A DNA stretch of 63,948 nucleotides, filler included, from Olpidium bornovanus S191 (GCA_017911155.1; 29 parts of 29 records of this genome joined end to end with filler, not necessarily neighbours in it); one strand, 5' to 3'; positions 49,443-62,854 are shown, numbered from the whole stretch's first letter. Notes: generated from the letters alone by a model not told the origin. Made by a program: numbers and translations.

Positions 49443-50522
49443 ATGAAGTCCGAGTTTGCTACCCCGGCCGGGGGGAAGGTGGCCAGGCTCGCGAGGGACG
49501 GCCACGTTTTCGTGCTCACGCTGTGCAACGGGGACAACCGATTCTCCACCGCAACGGTCGGCGCGATCACGGAGGCCCTCGCCGTGGTGGAACACGCCTG
49601 GGCGGCTGAAGGCCGCGGGCCCGCCGCACTGGTCACGGTCGGCGAGGGGAAGTTTTATTCCGTACGTGCAGCCCGACGAGCTGCGGGCTGAACTCGGGAG
49701 GCTTTTTTTTTTTTCCTACTTTTCGCCCCCTCCCCCCCCCTCTGGCGTTCCCCCCTTTTCTCTTAGTGGCGCTCTCCGTCGCCCTCCCGCACACGCGACT
49801 GTTCTCACCTGCCTCTTGTCGTGTCTTAACGCCTCTCACTTCCTTTTCCTGCGGTCCGACATCGCCGCCAGAACGGGATCGATTTTTTGGCTTTCCGGGA
49901 GAAGAAGTGAGTAGGTCTAGTTGCGTGACTTTTTTCCCTAGTTGCGTGACTTTTTTGCCGCGCGATTGAATGGATTGGGGGCGGGGGTTGGTTGGTGAGG
50001 AAAGAACGTCCCCGTCAGTGACGCTGGGGCGACCACCGTCAAACCCAGCTTTCTTGAAAAAACGATGTCCGCCTTCTTGAAGCGGGTGCTGCTCTTTCCG
50101 ATACCGACGGTCGCCTGCTTGAACGGCCATGCTTTCGCCGGCGGCGCTCTGATCACGTTCTGCCACGACTACGTGGTTATGCGAGAAGACCGGGGTAAAA
50201 AATTCGCAGGAGAGACTCGGACGACAATATCTGTGACCTGGAATCTTCGGGATCCAGCGTTATCTCTGGCGCTCATTTCGATGATTTTTCTCTTTTGGCC
50301 TTCGTCGTCGTTGTCGTCGTTGTCGTCGCACAACACCGGTCCCAGGATTCATCTGCATGAACGAAGTCCTGCTGCCTGGTACGTTGCAAGTCCCACTGCG
50401 TGATCATCTTAACGGGGAAACCGGAAACGCGTGATCCGCTTGCGCGGCGATGACGGTCGTCAGTGACCTTGAACAAACGCCCGTATCCCTCTCGGAAATC
50501 AGGGCCCTTGACGCCCGGCATG
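49443..50522 (+). CDS. Enoyl-CoA hydratase/isomerase (crotonase fold, delta3,delta2-enoyl-CoA isomerase-like), 3' truncated
   Basis: VFVLTL..DNRFS..ALVTVGEGKFYS|NGID..; FPIPTVACLNGHAFAGGALITFCHDYVVMREDRG|FICMNEV. Confidence 0.9.
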
Positions 50523-50622
50523 NNNNNNNNNNNNNNNNNNNNNNNNNNNNNNNNNNNNNNNNNNNNTTAATTAATTAANNNNNNNNNNNNNNNNNNNNNN
50601 NNNNNNNNNNNNNNNNNNNNNN

Positions 50623-51663
50623 CATGGACACCTCGCACCGGAGGCAATGAACGAGAAAGCAAGCAGATCTGCGGTTTGCTGCCTGCCGCAAAACGCCAAA
50701 TATGATGACGTGTGCGGAACCGCGAGGGACGCAAAAGCAAAATTCACTAGCTAACGACCACTCGACGTTTCCGCACCTGAAGCATAGTGAGCTTGGGAAT
50801 GTCCTCCTTCGCTTTTCTCTCGTCCTCGCCGCGCTTCTCCAGCACGTAGAAGGGGTCCTCAGCCATCCGCGCCTTTTCCTCCTCGCTGGTCAGGCGGATG
50901 GTTTCGTTGTCCTCGGGCTCAAAATCTTCTTTCTTCCGTCGCGCCCCGGCGACGACCACGTACTCGGCATTCTTCGGGTCAGTATGCACCTCTATCCATT
51001 CAAGGCACCCGTGGCACTTCATCCGGAAGGAGAGAATCGCGGTGCTGTAGTAGTTGCCGATCTTTTTCTTCTCGGCATTGAAGCGGACGCCTAGGGAAGG
51101 TCACGAAGACACCAAGTGAGCCATAACCAACTTTCGCACTACGGCCCGTCGGAATAGCCGGACTAAAACAAGGGATGAGCAAATGCGTACCCTTGCCGAT
51201 GCTCTTTCCGCAGCCGTCGCACCAGATGTTAAACGGCAGCTCAAAACGCACGATGAGGATACCCTGGTCGAGCTTCCGCGCCCGGTCGCGCAGCGGATGC
51301 TGTCCGACATATTTGTTGATTGACCCTTTCGAGGGGTCCCACCCCGGAGGATAGTACTGAGCTCACCGGGGGGCATGAGGCAAACGTGAAACGAGGTTAA
51401 GTTTTTGAGTTCCGCTGGAAAAGAGGGGGAAAACGAGCCGGCTGTGCGGTTTTTACCTTGTTGGTGGCTGCGGGAGCAAACGTATCGAACGCACGTTGGG
51501 GGAGAGGACGAGCGACGTCAGGGACGGAAGGAATTCGCTGCCGCCCATCAGGCGATTCCGCGAGAGAGCGGAAAGCCCCGGGCACGGCCCCCGGCCGGGC
51601 GCTTCGCGGGTCGCGTCGCGCCTCGCGCTCTGGCTTGCCGCGCTTACCTTTGCGATCCGCCAT
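50623..51663 (-). CDS. YJU2B: CCDC130/YJU2B-like splicing factor (Cwf16 family), 5' part
   Basis: MADRK|ATNK|[49 protein letters not shown]..|[36 protein letters not shown]. Confidence 0.93.
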
Positions 51664-51853
51664 ATGCCTGGTTGGGCCGGGCGGGCAAAAACGAGAGCGG
51701 GGGGGGGGGGGGAGAGGGGGGCGGGGGGGGGGGGGGGAGAGGGGGCGAGGGGGNNNNNNNNNNNNNNNNNNNNNNNNNNNNNNNNNNNNNNNNNNNNTTA
51801 ATTAATTAANNNNNNNNNNNNNNNNNNNNNNNNNNNNNNNNNNNNNNNNNNNN

Positions 51854-52480
51854 GAAAATACCAGGGTAACCCTGGCATACACACAAAACCCTCGACATTC
51901 CTCTACAGGTGTTACAAGATGATGGAAAGCCGGGATGTAGCATTTCCCACGAGGACCGTCCGTTATGTACATGAGGGACACGGTTGTAAACGTACACCAC
52001 CATGCGCCAGGCCTCCGACCAGAGCTCAGCAGGGAGTGTCAGATTTATCTGCCATGACGGATCAGACACGGTTTTGAGTGGTAAGGTGGACCCGCTCGCT
52101 GATGCCATTGGACGAAGGCGAGGCACGTGCCGTTAATGCCGAGTTCGTGCAAGCGATTGAGGTAATAAGAGGAGAAGAACTTGCCCTTGTCCGTGTGATG
52201 ACGGAGTGCTTTTCGACCCGACTCACGTTTGAGCCAAACAAGGTAATCATCGAGGCAAGCACGGGAGGTGGTATCCTCATGGTTGGGAACAAAGTAAGTT
52301 GAGATAAGGTGGGACGCGCGTTTGATGAAGGTGAGTGAATACTTTGATCCGTCGATACTGAGTGCGAACGGACCGGCGGCGTCGAGGCCTTATTATTCGG
52401 AGTCTCCTTCAAGGGTGTGGGCACGGTCCGTGTTGGCGGGTTCTGCAACTGTGTCTTCTAGGTCTTTTAACCATCCGACC
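51854..52480 (-). mobile_element. Degenerate Ty1/copia integrase remnant
   Basis: DGSKYSLTFI..ESGRKALRHHTDKGKF; SNGISERV; LPAELWSEAWRMVVYVYNR, spread over shifted frames. Confidence 0.82.
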
Positions 52481-53287
52481 ATGGTTGCCTTTTCCTTTCA
52501 GAATGCGGCTACCGGCTTTTGCAAGGCGGCGACTTTGCCCGTCGTAAGTGGTTTTTTTCTTTCTGGGGCATTGTGCCTGCTCTTGTCGGAAAAGTACTGA
52601 GTCCACGAGTAATTGGGACTTAGATGATAACCTTAACAAAATCGAGAGCCTTGAGGACGATGTATCTGACTCTGTCGACTCGACAGACGAACTTCGCGCG
52701 TCTTTCATGATGGCGGCGCAAGGTTGCCCTCCACTTTTTTTTTCCGGAGTGAAGATGTGAGTCCTATCATTGTCAGGGGTCCCTCTAAGCTCACTCGGCG
52801 TAGTTGAACCAAAGACCGAACCATGGTTGCTGAGGGCATTCGTCCACTTCTTTCTTGGCCTTGCGGGCAGGGAGTAGGTTACGGTTTGGGCTCGTAAGCT
52901 GTTGATGACAAAGCCAGACGGAGAATCAGGAAAAATCCGCAGAGGGAGCCGTACTGACCCCGTGAGAAGAAGAGCGAAAGAGAGCTGTATTCGGGGCATT
53001 GCGCTGCAGTCTCTTCCAGGCTTATTTTATAGGGCGTATAGCTTAAGGGAGAGACAAAGGGGTAACTGGGGTTGGTGCGCGGAGTGCGTCCGCGGGCCAG
53101 CCACCCCATTTTTTCTCCCCCTTAGTTTCCAAGACCTCTTTCCCCGGAGGGTTGCCCCGCCTGTGAACTTGCTCAGCGTCACCAGAACGTCCCCGCTTGC
53201 TGCGTGCGCGGCATCCCGTGTGAGCCGAACCCACCTCGTCTTGCCTCCGTCGGCCGTTCAAACGGGCTGGGGGGGATACCCGCTGCC

Positions 53288-54263
53288 ATGGCTGGTCTTA
53301 AAGGCGCCCTCCACTTGCCCGGCCAGGGGTTGCACGCGGGCGCTCTGGGCGAGAGGGTGGACGTCCTCCGCATCAAAGACAGGCTCGTCGACGCGCTGGC
53401 CGAAAACGGGCCTCTATACTGGGACTGCTTGCGGAAGTTTGTCACCGGAAAATCCAGCAGACAAGAATTTGACAGCTGCGCCCGACGGTTTCTCAACAAG
53501 GAGATAGGTTCGACCTCTTGTTCACACGCCCTGTTCTCGGGCGACGCAAACGGGGGGAAACAATCCGAGCATCCTCCTTGCTTGATCCACACACGTGCGA
53601 CGGGCCCCTGCTGGGTGAAACGCGATTTTCTTACGGCGCCACGCACGTGCGTGGGTTGTATTGCGCAGCTGCTCTTCATAATTCACTTGTGGTTGCGACG
53701 ATACGGAACGCGCTGGGCGCCAAGCCACCACCTTCTTCGGAAGCCGCGACAGGTTGGGGCCACAGCCGCAGGAGGGAACGGGATGGAGAGCAGGGCGATG
53801 TGCAGGCGAAAAGGAAGCGGCGAGTTATGCAGCTGAGAAAGTGCGCAGCCGGGCTAGGCAAAGCCGATCGCGACCGGTTGAAGGAAATAATTTCGATGGT
53901 AAACCCAACGTTTTCTTTACAAATTCGGCTGGCGGAGGGCCGGGACGTTTCTCATTTGCAGCATCTCTGCTTTCGGTTCACTATAACTGGGTCGGGAATA
54001 ACAGCAGAGGGACGCCTCGATCACTCCATTTCAACCTCGAAGAGTCATCTCTCTTCCCGCCGCCCCGCCAACGGCCATTCCGTCAAGTATGTTTATGTAC
54101 AAGGTTTTTCGTCCGGGCGTTGCGTTTCCTTTACAAATATGGCTTTGTAACTAATCTTTCAGTTTTCCTTGCGGTTGTTTAGCGTACGCGAAGGATTATG
54201 CGATAGGCCTGCACACGCCTCGCTGCCTCGAGTTAAGGCAGCTCCCGGATTTGAGGACCATGC
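53288..54263 (+). CDS. ADA1: SAGA subunit Ada1/Hfi1 (TADA1), 5' part
   Basis: ERVDVLRIKDRLVDALAENGPLYWDCLRKFVTGKSSRQEFD; LHNSLVVATIRNA; RCLELRQLPD (SAGA-Tad1 domain pattern). The start is uncertain. Confidence 0.8.
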
Positions 54264-54363
54264 NNNNNNNNNNNNNNNNNNNNNNNNNNNNNNNNNNNNN
54301 NNNNNNNTTAATTAATTAANNNNNNNNNNNNNNNNNNNNNNNNNNNNNNNNNNNNNNNNNNNN

Positions 54364-55590
54364 CGAAACCTCGTCGACGTAGTCCGTGATGTAGCGGTAC
54401 ACCGACAGCACGGTGATGGCGATGCGGAAGTCCAGCTCCCGCCTCTGCGCCGCGAAGTGCTCCTGTTCTGAGGCGTGGAGCATGTCCGCCGCGGTTTTTC
54501 CCTTCTCCGGCTCTTCGGGCTCGTCCCTGGTTTCCTCGGTGGCGGAAACCGCGGAGTTTGAGACCCGGGAGAGCTCAGGCAAGAAGAAAAAAAAAATAAC
54601 CCCCCCCCCAAGCCTCAACTTCGGAGGTTCGGCGCGAGAGTCGTCTCCGGCGGCTTCGCCGACGTACCAGGTCGTGAGGAGAACGACATTCCGCGCACAG
54701 TAGTCGATCAGATCCAGCAGCGCGTCTCCCGCGGACAGGACGGCGGCTTTGTTAAAGAACAGGACTTCGAGGATGTTGATGATGGTCGCTTCGTGGAAAA
54801 GCTTTGGTGCGGGACGTTTCGGGGCGGATGTGAGCAAATGAGGGTGCCGCGGCAGAAACAATTCGCGGGGCTGCGTGAGCGGAAGGCGGCGGCGGCTTAC
54901 GAGAAGGTACAGGGCCAGCGTTTGTTCTTCCGTGACGGAACTCGGCAGCAGCGGGACGACTCTGGTTTTCCAGACCTCCGTCGCCAACAGCTCGTGTATC
55001 AACAGCGGGACCTGCGATCAAAAAAAAAAAGAAAAACGTTCCCGAGACTGCCAGCCGTGAGGAATTAAAAAAATTTCCGGACGAGCCCCGCCTAAGATTC
55101 TGCTCCGCCTCTTCCCTCTCAAGCAACCGCCGCACCTTTTCGTGGGTGAGGAAAAGCTCCGTCACGTATTCTTCCGCGCCGCCGCGGACGTTCTGGTGCG
55201 CCTGTCGGTGAGTCGAACCACGTCGCCGGGAATTTTTTTTTTTTGTCAGCTGCCCCGGCCGCTTACTTTGCCGGGCGAAGATGGATTCGGGGCAGAAGGC
55301 GGTACTTACGCCTCCCTCGTCCTTACCTGCATGTTCAGCTTTTCCAGGTGCTCATGCTGGGTCATCCCCCTGGCCCCGGGATGGAGCGGCTGCAGTCAGC
55401 GGTGTGTGCGCGCGGTATTATTCCGCACGGAGCAACCGCGCCGACGATTTTTTTTTTTTCTCCTTCCGTCCGCTATGTTCGCCGGGGCCTCGGATCCACG
55501 GACTTCGGGTTCCCAATCTCGGCCACGCCAAACTCCCGCAGGCTCTCCACGTAGAGCTCCGCTGCCGGGGCCGGCAGCACCGGAGACGAG
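54364..55590 (-). CDS. ZMYND10: ZMYND10 (BLU) axonemal dynein assembly factor, 5' part, spliced
   Basis: VLPAPAAELYVESLREFGVAEIG; QHEHLEKLNMQ; ELFLTHEK; IHELLATEVWKTRVVP; HEATIINILEVLFFNK..LLDLIDYC; LDFRIAITVLSVYRYITD. The start was not located. Confidence 0.92.
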
Positions 55591-56206
55591 TAGCCTCTGA
55601 CCAAAAACGGGAGGGAGGGGTTTTTTGTCCGGAGCGGGGGTCAGCTTTCGGTGCGCGGTGTCCGCCGGCAGGCGCATAAAGGGCGCGCCCCATCCTTGCC
55701 CCTCTTCCCCCCCCCCCCCCCCCCCCCCCCGCTTTCCAAAGCATTTTTTTTCTCACGCCGTGGCGGTCATTTCGTATTGGGTTTCTTTTTGCTTTTTTTT
55801 TTTTTTTTTTTTTTTCCCTCTTTCCGTCGCGATCCGGTTGCCGCGGCGCGTTTTTTGGAGGAGGAGGGTTCGCCGGAGCCCGGGCGTCGGTTTCCTTTCC
55901 GGGCCCCGCACGCGCTCTTTTTTTTTTTGTCCCGCACGCGCTCCCTTTTCCCGCACGCGTTCGCCCCGCACGCGCGCTCTCTTCCCCGCGCGACCGCTCC
56001 TCCACTCGCTCTTCCCCCGCACTGCCTCTTCCCCTCCGCGCACGCGCGCACGCACGCTCCCCTTCCGCCCGCACCGCACCGCACCGCTCTCCGCCGCGCC
56101 ACCCACCGTCATTCTCTTCCCACCCCGGAACCTTCCTCCCGTGCGCGGCGTCACCGTCCCCGCTGTCCCCTCCCCGTTCGCGCGCCGCCCCGCAGACAAA
56201 CCCACC

Positions 56207-58113
56207 ATGTTCCGCCCGGCCGTCGCGCGCCTGCTCCCCGCCTCCGCGCGCCCGCCCGCCGCCGCCGCGCGGCGTGGCATGGCTTCCGCGCCCGGCCCGC
56301 TGCAGGTGAGCGCGGGGGAAAAAAAACACACCATCCGCTCCCTTCCCCCCTTCCCGCCTTCCCCACGTCATCATCCACCCCGCGACAAGGCGGCGGCGGT
56401 TATTTTTTGTTTTCGCGGCCCCGCGCGTTTGCCGAAACAGTCTGCGGCGCCGGCCGCTGATGCGGATGGCCGGGGGCCGACAGCGCCCGCCCTCGGTCTG
56501 CTCGTGGGAGTTGCCAGAAAGTCACGTTTTCGGACGCGGCGCCGAGCGGCTTTTTGCGGCGTTTCCGCGGTCGCGGTTCCGGTCTGGAGCCCCAGCATGT
56601 GGCAAGTCGCCGAGAGGGTGCGCGGCGTAGGTGTCTCCGCAAAGACTGAGCAAACTACTTGTCACGGCGCACGTCCCCTTTCTGGATTTTGTAGATGACG
56701 GTCCGCGAGGCCCTCAACAGCGCGTTGGACGAGGAGATGGCCCGCGACGAGAAGGTGTTCTTGCTGGGAGAGGAGGTCGGGCAGTACAACGGCGCCTACA
56801 AGGTCTCCAAGGGCCTGCTGGATAAGTATGGCGCACTGCGCGTCATCGACACTCCCATCACAGAGATGGGTTTTGCCGGACTGGCCGTCGGTTCCGCGCT
56901 CAGCGGCCTGAGGCCTGTCTGCGAATTTATGACTTTCAACTTTAGCATGCAGGTGGGTTTTGACGCGTGATTCGAGCCGGGGGAAGAGCTTTGCGCGGAA
57001 AAAAAAATGCTAAGGAGAACGCGTTGCCCCCGTGTTCGTCGTGCGGCTGACGGCGGCGCGTCTCGCGTCTCCAGGCGATCGACCATGTCGCAAACTCCGC
57101 TGCCAAGACGCACTATATGTCCGGCGGCACCGTGGACTGCCCGATCGTCTTCCGCGGGCCCAACGGCGCGGCGGCCGGCGTCGCCGCGCAGCACTCCCAG
57201 TGCTTCGCCGCGTGGTACGGCTCCACCCCTGGCCTGAAGGTCGTCAGCCCTTACAGCGCCGAGGACGCGCGGGGTCTCCTCAAGGTCGGGTAAATTGCGG
57301 CCCCCGTCCGAGCCGTGACAATTTCGGATCGCGCGTCATTATCTCGCGTGCGGCGAACCCGTTTTGTTGAACGGGGCAGTGTGCGCGTTTCTTTTTTTTT
57401 TTTGGACCCGGGCGCAAAAAAAAAAAAAAAAAAAAAAATTGGTCCGTAAATCAGGCCGCGATCCGGGACCCCAATCCCGTCGTTTTCCTTGAGAACGAGC
57501 TCATGTACGGCGTGAGCTTCGCGGTGTCGAAGGAGGCCGCCTCGCCGGATTTTCTGGTCGAGATCGGCAAGGCCAAGGTCGAGAGGGAAGGTGCGTGCGG
57601 GGGTCGGCGTCGGGAAGGGAGCGGACCCCTCTCTCTCTCTCTTTCTCTCTCTTTCTCTCGCGCCCGGACCGGGACGGGGTGCGCCCGCGCGTTCTCGTCG
57701 ACCCCCGCCTTCCTCCCGGGCCCGCAGGCACAGACGTCACGGTCGTCGCGCACTCGAGGGCGGTCGGCCAGTCGCTGGAGGCGGCCGAGCTGCTCGGTAC
57801 GCGGCACGGCATCTCCGCCGAGGTGATCAACCTCCGCTCGATCCGGCCGCTGGACGTGGGGACGATCCTGCGGTCGCTGCGGAAGACAAACCGGCTCGTC
57901 ACGGTCGAGGGCGGCTGGCCGGCGTTCGGCGTCGGCTCGGAGATCGTCGCGCAGATCGCGGAAAACGAGGGCTTCGACCTCCTGGACGCGCCCGTCGAGC
58001 GGGTGACCGGCGCCGACATCCCCATGCCCTACGCCCAAAACCTCGAGACCCTGGCCCTCCCGACCCCCGCGGTCATCGAGAAGGCCGCCAAGCGCGCGTG
58101 CTACAGGGAGTAG
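56207..58113 (+). CDS. PDB1: Pyruvate dehydrogenase E1 beta subunit, complete, 5 exons
   Basis: Presequence exon, then [36 protein letters not shown]|[21 protein letters not shown]..|[15 protein letters not shown]..|..[16 protein letters not shown]. Confidence 0.98.
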
Positions 58114-58244
58114 AAAGAACGGACGGAGGGCGGGAACCAAGAANNNNNNNNNNNNNNNNNNNNNNNNNNNNNNNNNNNNNNNNNNNNTTAATTAATTAAN
58201 NNNNNNNNNNNNNNNNNNNNNNNNNNNNNNNNNNNNNNNNNNNC

Positions 58245-58418
58245 AACCTCTTCAAGAAACCCGAAACGCCTCTCCCGCTGGACAAGGTGCTGCGGATCGT
58301 TAAGGACGCGTTCACCTCGGCGACCGAAAGGGATATCCACACCGGCGACTACCTCCAGCTCATGATAATCCGGAAACAGGGCGTCGAGGAAGTGGAGTTT
58401 CCGCTGAAGTTCGACTGA
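58245..58418 (+). CDS. PRE7: 20S proteasome beta-6 subunit, C-terminus
   Basis: LPLDKVLRIVKDAFTSATERDIHTGDYLQLMIIRKQGVEEVEFPLKFD*. Confidence 0.9.
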   Translation, partial: NLFKKPETPLPLDKVLRIVKDAFTSATERDIHTGDYLQLMIIRKQGVEEVEFPLKFD

Positions 58419-59045
58419 AAAAATTCGGGAGAGAGATGGGAGGGGGGAGTGGGGGAGGGGGGAAGTCGGGGCTGTGCCGCGCGGCTTCCTCTCCCCGGGA
58501 TGGGGTGCGGCCTGTTGTAATCAAGCGGTCGGAGCGGACGCCAAACAGTTTGAGAATTTTTGTTCTTCGGGCGTTAACGGGGGACGCGGGTGGAGACCAC
58601 ACCCCCTCGGTTTGGACTTTTCTGCCGCCTCGTCAGATTGAAACCGTTATGCCGGTCCACTTTTTACAAGGGGTGTAGCAAACCCAACGCCTTTGCCGTG
58701 CGTGTGCGTCTGGTGCGTCCGTACGAAAAACAGGGCCGGGTGGGCGGCCTCAGCGCCGCTAAACGGCAAGGTGAAGCGGCGGCGGCGGCGGTGCGACGTC
58801 CGAGGTTTCGGTCGGCCCCACCGTTCCCCGCCCCCCGCCCCCCGATAAAAACCGCCGCCATTTTTCCGATTTTTGCGCACGCTCCCTTTGCATCCCACGC
58901 GTCAAAAAAATTTTCACCGAAGAGTATCCCGATTCACCCAGCACGCACCCGATAAGAGAATCTCGAAAACAGAGAGTCACCCTCACCCCCCCCTCCCTCC
59001 CCCCTTTCCCGCCCCGCCAAACTTTTTCTTTTAATTCTTTTCTTT

Positions 59046-60494
59046 TCACAACGCAACACCGACCGACGCCTCCCCTTCTGCGGGCACGTAGTTCTTCACG
59101 TAGTCGAAGAAATATTCGACGCCGGAACGGGCCAGGTGCTCGCGCGCGCTGCGCTCGGTGGGACACTGGCGGAACCGGAAGCCGACGAACGCGCGCCGCG
59201 TGACCTCGCCCTCCCACACCAGGTGGCACGCGTTCGGCTCCTTGTCCTTGGCGCCCTGTCCGGCGTCGCCGCCCGCGTTCCCTCCTCCTCCGCCTCCTCC
59301 CGGACCCCCGGCTCCGCCGCCCCCTCCCCCTCCTCTCCCCCCTTGCTCCCCCTCCTGCTCTTCGTCGATGTTCTCTTCCTCCCAGTCGATCCGGCGCAGC
59401 ATCAGCTTCTTGTAGTGCCGGATACCCTTTGGCCCGCCCTCGACCACCACCATCGAGAAGTTCGGGCAGAGAAGCGAGCACCCCGTGAGCTGGTACTGCG
59501 TAGCGTTCTTGTCCACCTTGAAGCGCTTCCGGTTGTCCGACAGGTCTTTTACCCTTTTAGAGAGGGCAATTGGGGGGGGGGCCAAGGCACGTGTTTCAGC
59601 CCCCGCGGGCTCCGCGTCCTGGATACGTCGCACCTCCCGTCCGCCGGAAACAACAGCGCAGCAACACACGGCTCGATTCGCCAAAACCCCGCAACACCGG
59701 CGGTATCGGAACGTACTTGAAAACGGCCACGGTGACGCCTTTGTCCTCGCTCGCCTCGTACTTCCGTTTGGCTTTCGCCTTCTTCTGTTCAGGCGTCAGC
59801 TTGCTCTCCACCCCTTGCCGGAGGTGGTTCAGCCGCCGCTCCTCAACCTGCCGGCGAACTTTCGCCTCGATCTTCGTCGGGTCCAGGACAGCTTCCTGGC
59901 CGAGGACCCGCATGAGGTTGGCCAGACGGACTGTTGGAACGGCGCAGACATCGAGGACGAGAAAGAGGGTGCGTCGATTTTTCCATTACAAAACGCGGGG
60001 CGAATAACACAAGAAGCAAGCAAGGAGGCGTGGGGAGGGGGGAAGAGCCGGCCGGGAAACGCACAACGCGTTTTACCGCAAAAACAAACCGCGGGCAGCA
60101 GGCGATCGCGCGAATTTCAGCGTACCGACCTTTCGGCTCCTCCGGTGGCAACAGCCCCAAGCGGACCTTGTCTTGCCTCTCCTTCTGCTCCTCCGCGCGA
60201 CGCTGCCGGCGCAGCTTTTTCCTCTCCTTCGTGGTGAGCATAAGGGCCCTGGCCGGCGGTGGCGCGTCCTCGTAAGGAGGGTGCACGGGAACGGGATGCT
60301 GGACGAGGTCGAGGCACATCTCGTCGATCTTCTTCTCCAGTGCTCCTCCTCTGTCGCCGACGGTCATTGTGTCCAGGTCATCATACGACCCGCTGGGCAA
60401 CAGAAGCGCATCCCACCACTCGACAGCGGGGGGAGGGTTCCTGCGGATCTGCTTCTCGAGGTAGCCGCCTCCGTCCAGCGCGTCTGCCTCCATG
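59046..60494 (-). CDS. PRP3: U4/U6 snRNP protein Prp3, 3' part
   Basis: VEWWDALLL; LTTKERKKLRRQRR..LGLLPPEEPK; MRVLGQEAVLDPTKIEAKVR; KRFKVDKNATQYQLTG; VEGGPKGIRHYKKLMLRRIDW; CHLVWEG. Confidence 0.96.
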
Positions 60495-60594
60495 NNNNNN
60501 NNNNNNNNNNNNNNNNNNNNNNNNNNNNNNNNNNNNNNTTAATTAATTAANNNNNNNNNNNNNNNNNNNNNNNNNNNNNNNNNNNNNNNNNNNN

Positions 60595-61000
60595 AATGTA
60601 GCTGCGCCCTGACAAAAAATCTCCTCAATCACTTGTGCTCTTTCCTCAGGCGGTTTGATCCTGTTGATATTGTCAACCTTCCCTTGCAGCACACTTGAAG
60701 GAAAATTTGATCATGAATCAATTTTGCGAGATTACAAGGCAACTCCCGCACGCTGCACTCACTCCATGATCTTCCAAACCCCCCTGGATTTCATGTTCAC
60801 GTCATGGGTCCTCATCACGACAACTCGCCAGATTGTTCATCAGACAGAGCAGTGCACCCGTAGAAAATTTGTGCAAGGGACAATACGCAGTTCGAGGCAT
60901 TTTCCATAAGCATCGACACCAAAAAGCTCTAAAACAGTCGTGTTAGCATCAGGCAGTTGTCGTGGCTGTGTACTTACGGATCATGAGTCCGTTATGTCAA
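60595..61000 (-). CDS. Exons of an unidentified spliced gene
   Basis: Clear ~49-bp intron GTAAGT..CTAAC..TTTTAG near 60930-60978; candidate exon VLQGKVDNINRIKPPEERAQVIEEIF; reading frame unresolved. Confidence 0.3.
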
Positions 61001-61648
61001 TACATAATTGTCGCACGCACCAAAGCTCCAGCCTGAGGCTCGCGCTAAAACATCGGAGCGAGGCGGGGTCGGCGCTCTGCGGAGTGCGCTCGGCGGAGAG
61101 GCGATCTTAGGCGAGCGAGCCCGGCCGAAAGGCGCGGTGGTGGCAATGAGCGGGGCGAGCTCGGCTTGAGGAGCTTTTCGACGAAAAGGCGCGCGGCGAG
61201 CTTTGGTGAATGCACGAGCGGCCAAGACTTCTCACGGGGAGCTCTGGTCGAGGGAGCTACAGAGTGCTGCGGAACGAACATCGGAAATGCAGCAAGGGGG
61301 AAGCACAGGTGAGAGTTCTGGTGCTGATAACGTGTTGTGGTTTCTGCTCTCTCTTCTTCTTTCTGTCTTATTTCTTTTTTCTTCCTTTGCTTGAAAAGGG
61401 GAGGAAGCCGGATACGCCGGCTCGCTCCTCAGGACAATAGCACGTGGATGGTCACGTGACCCGCTGAGCGCATCTTACGGTGAACAACATCGTCTAACGG
61501 GCCCACCTATGTCTCAAAGCCCTTTTTACGGTGGCGGTCTCTCTCGACGTGTCCACAAGGGCACGAAAGCGGGTCGCGTACGTAGCAAAAAGTGCGAATG
61601 CGCTTGCGCGCCGCCGAGGCCCCATCGCCGAGCTGCTTGAGCGGAGCC

Positions 61649-62854
61649 ATGGCAGACGACTTGGAACGGCGCGTCAGGTCCGCGCGGGCGTTGGAGCACC
61701 AGGTCGCAGGCCACGACGGGGTGCTGGCCACGGCGGACGGCCTGATCGTGAAGCCGTGCACGGACACGGAGGTGCAGTTTTACCGCCTGGTCACGGCGAC
61801 GGAGGAGCATCGCGACGTGGCGAGCTTCCTGCCGGAGTTCCACGGTGCCGTGCGGCTCGGCGAGGACGGCCCTCGGCTGGTCGGACCTGAGGACGGCAAT
61901 AAGCGCGAAGTCCAAAATATCCTTTTTGATTGCGGTGGAGTATCCCGTCGGCCCCGTGGGACGGCTGTTGATGACGCGTTCGGGCTTGGAAGCAAGTCGA
62001 TGATCATCAGTCGTCTGCACGATGGAGAGTACGCGGGGTGGATGGGGGCCCTTCGCGACGAGTTGGCGGGTTTTGTCCTGTCCCTGACGACGCGAGCGCA
62101 CATGCGGTCATCCTCGAGAACTTGCTCCAGGGGTTCCGCAAGCCGTCCGTCATGGATGTCAAGCTCGGCACACAACTGTACGATGAGTTCTGCAGCGAGG
62201 AGAAGAAAGAGCGGATGCGGGAGGCCGCCCGCATTACGACGAGCTTAACTTTGGGCCTGCGTATCACCGGCATGAAGGTGAAGCGCGCCTACGTTGTTTT
62301 TTCCCGCGATCAAAGATGGTTTTTGCCCCCGTCGTCGTTGGCAAAATGCCACAAGGCATCTGCATCACTGTCCCGGTCTGCTTGGCCTCACGCCACTGTC
62401 TGCGAACTCACACAAGGTCTACGATCCGTCGAAGTCGGGCTACACCGTCTATGACAAGTCCTTTGGCAAGGGCCTGACCGCCGATAATTTGCACTTCGGC
62501 TTCTCCCGTTACATGGAGCCTGCTGCGTTGCGGTCGTCAGCCTATATGCGGCTCGTCGCCCGCGTATTCCTGGACCGCCTTGTCGAGCTCCATAGCGTGA
62601 TGCTCCTCAAGGAGTTTCGGATGTACGCGTCTTCGGTTCTGTTCGTGTTTGAAGGCGACCCGTCCCCGGAGCATGTCTCGGCCGCGGAGAATGACTGGGA
62701 TACGAGCAGGGAGGGATTGGCGCAGATTGTGGCGCTGCTGAAGATGATCGATTTTGCCCACTCCTACCACAAGCCTGGTGAGGGTCCCGACGAGGGCCAC
62801 CTGCTTGGCTTATCGAACGCAATCAAGCAGTTTAGAAACCTGCTCGACAGGTAG
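61649..62854 (+). CDS. IPK2: Inositol polyphosphate multikinase (Arg82/Ipk2 family), complete, spliced
   Basis: EHQVAGH; EVQFY; ILENLLQGFRKPSVMDVKLG (PxxxDxKxG); MYASSVLFVFEGD; KMIDFAH; DEGHLLGL. Confidence 0.95.

Noticed and set aside
55837-55850. RFX X-box upstream of ZMYND10
   Set aside because: Only the GTTGCC half-site is present; the second half does not match
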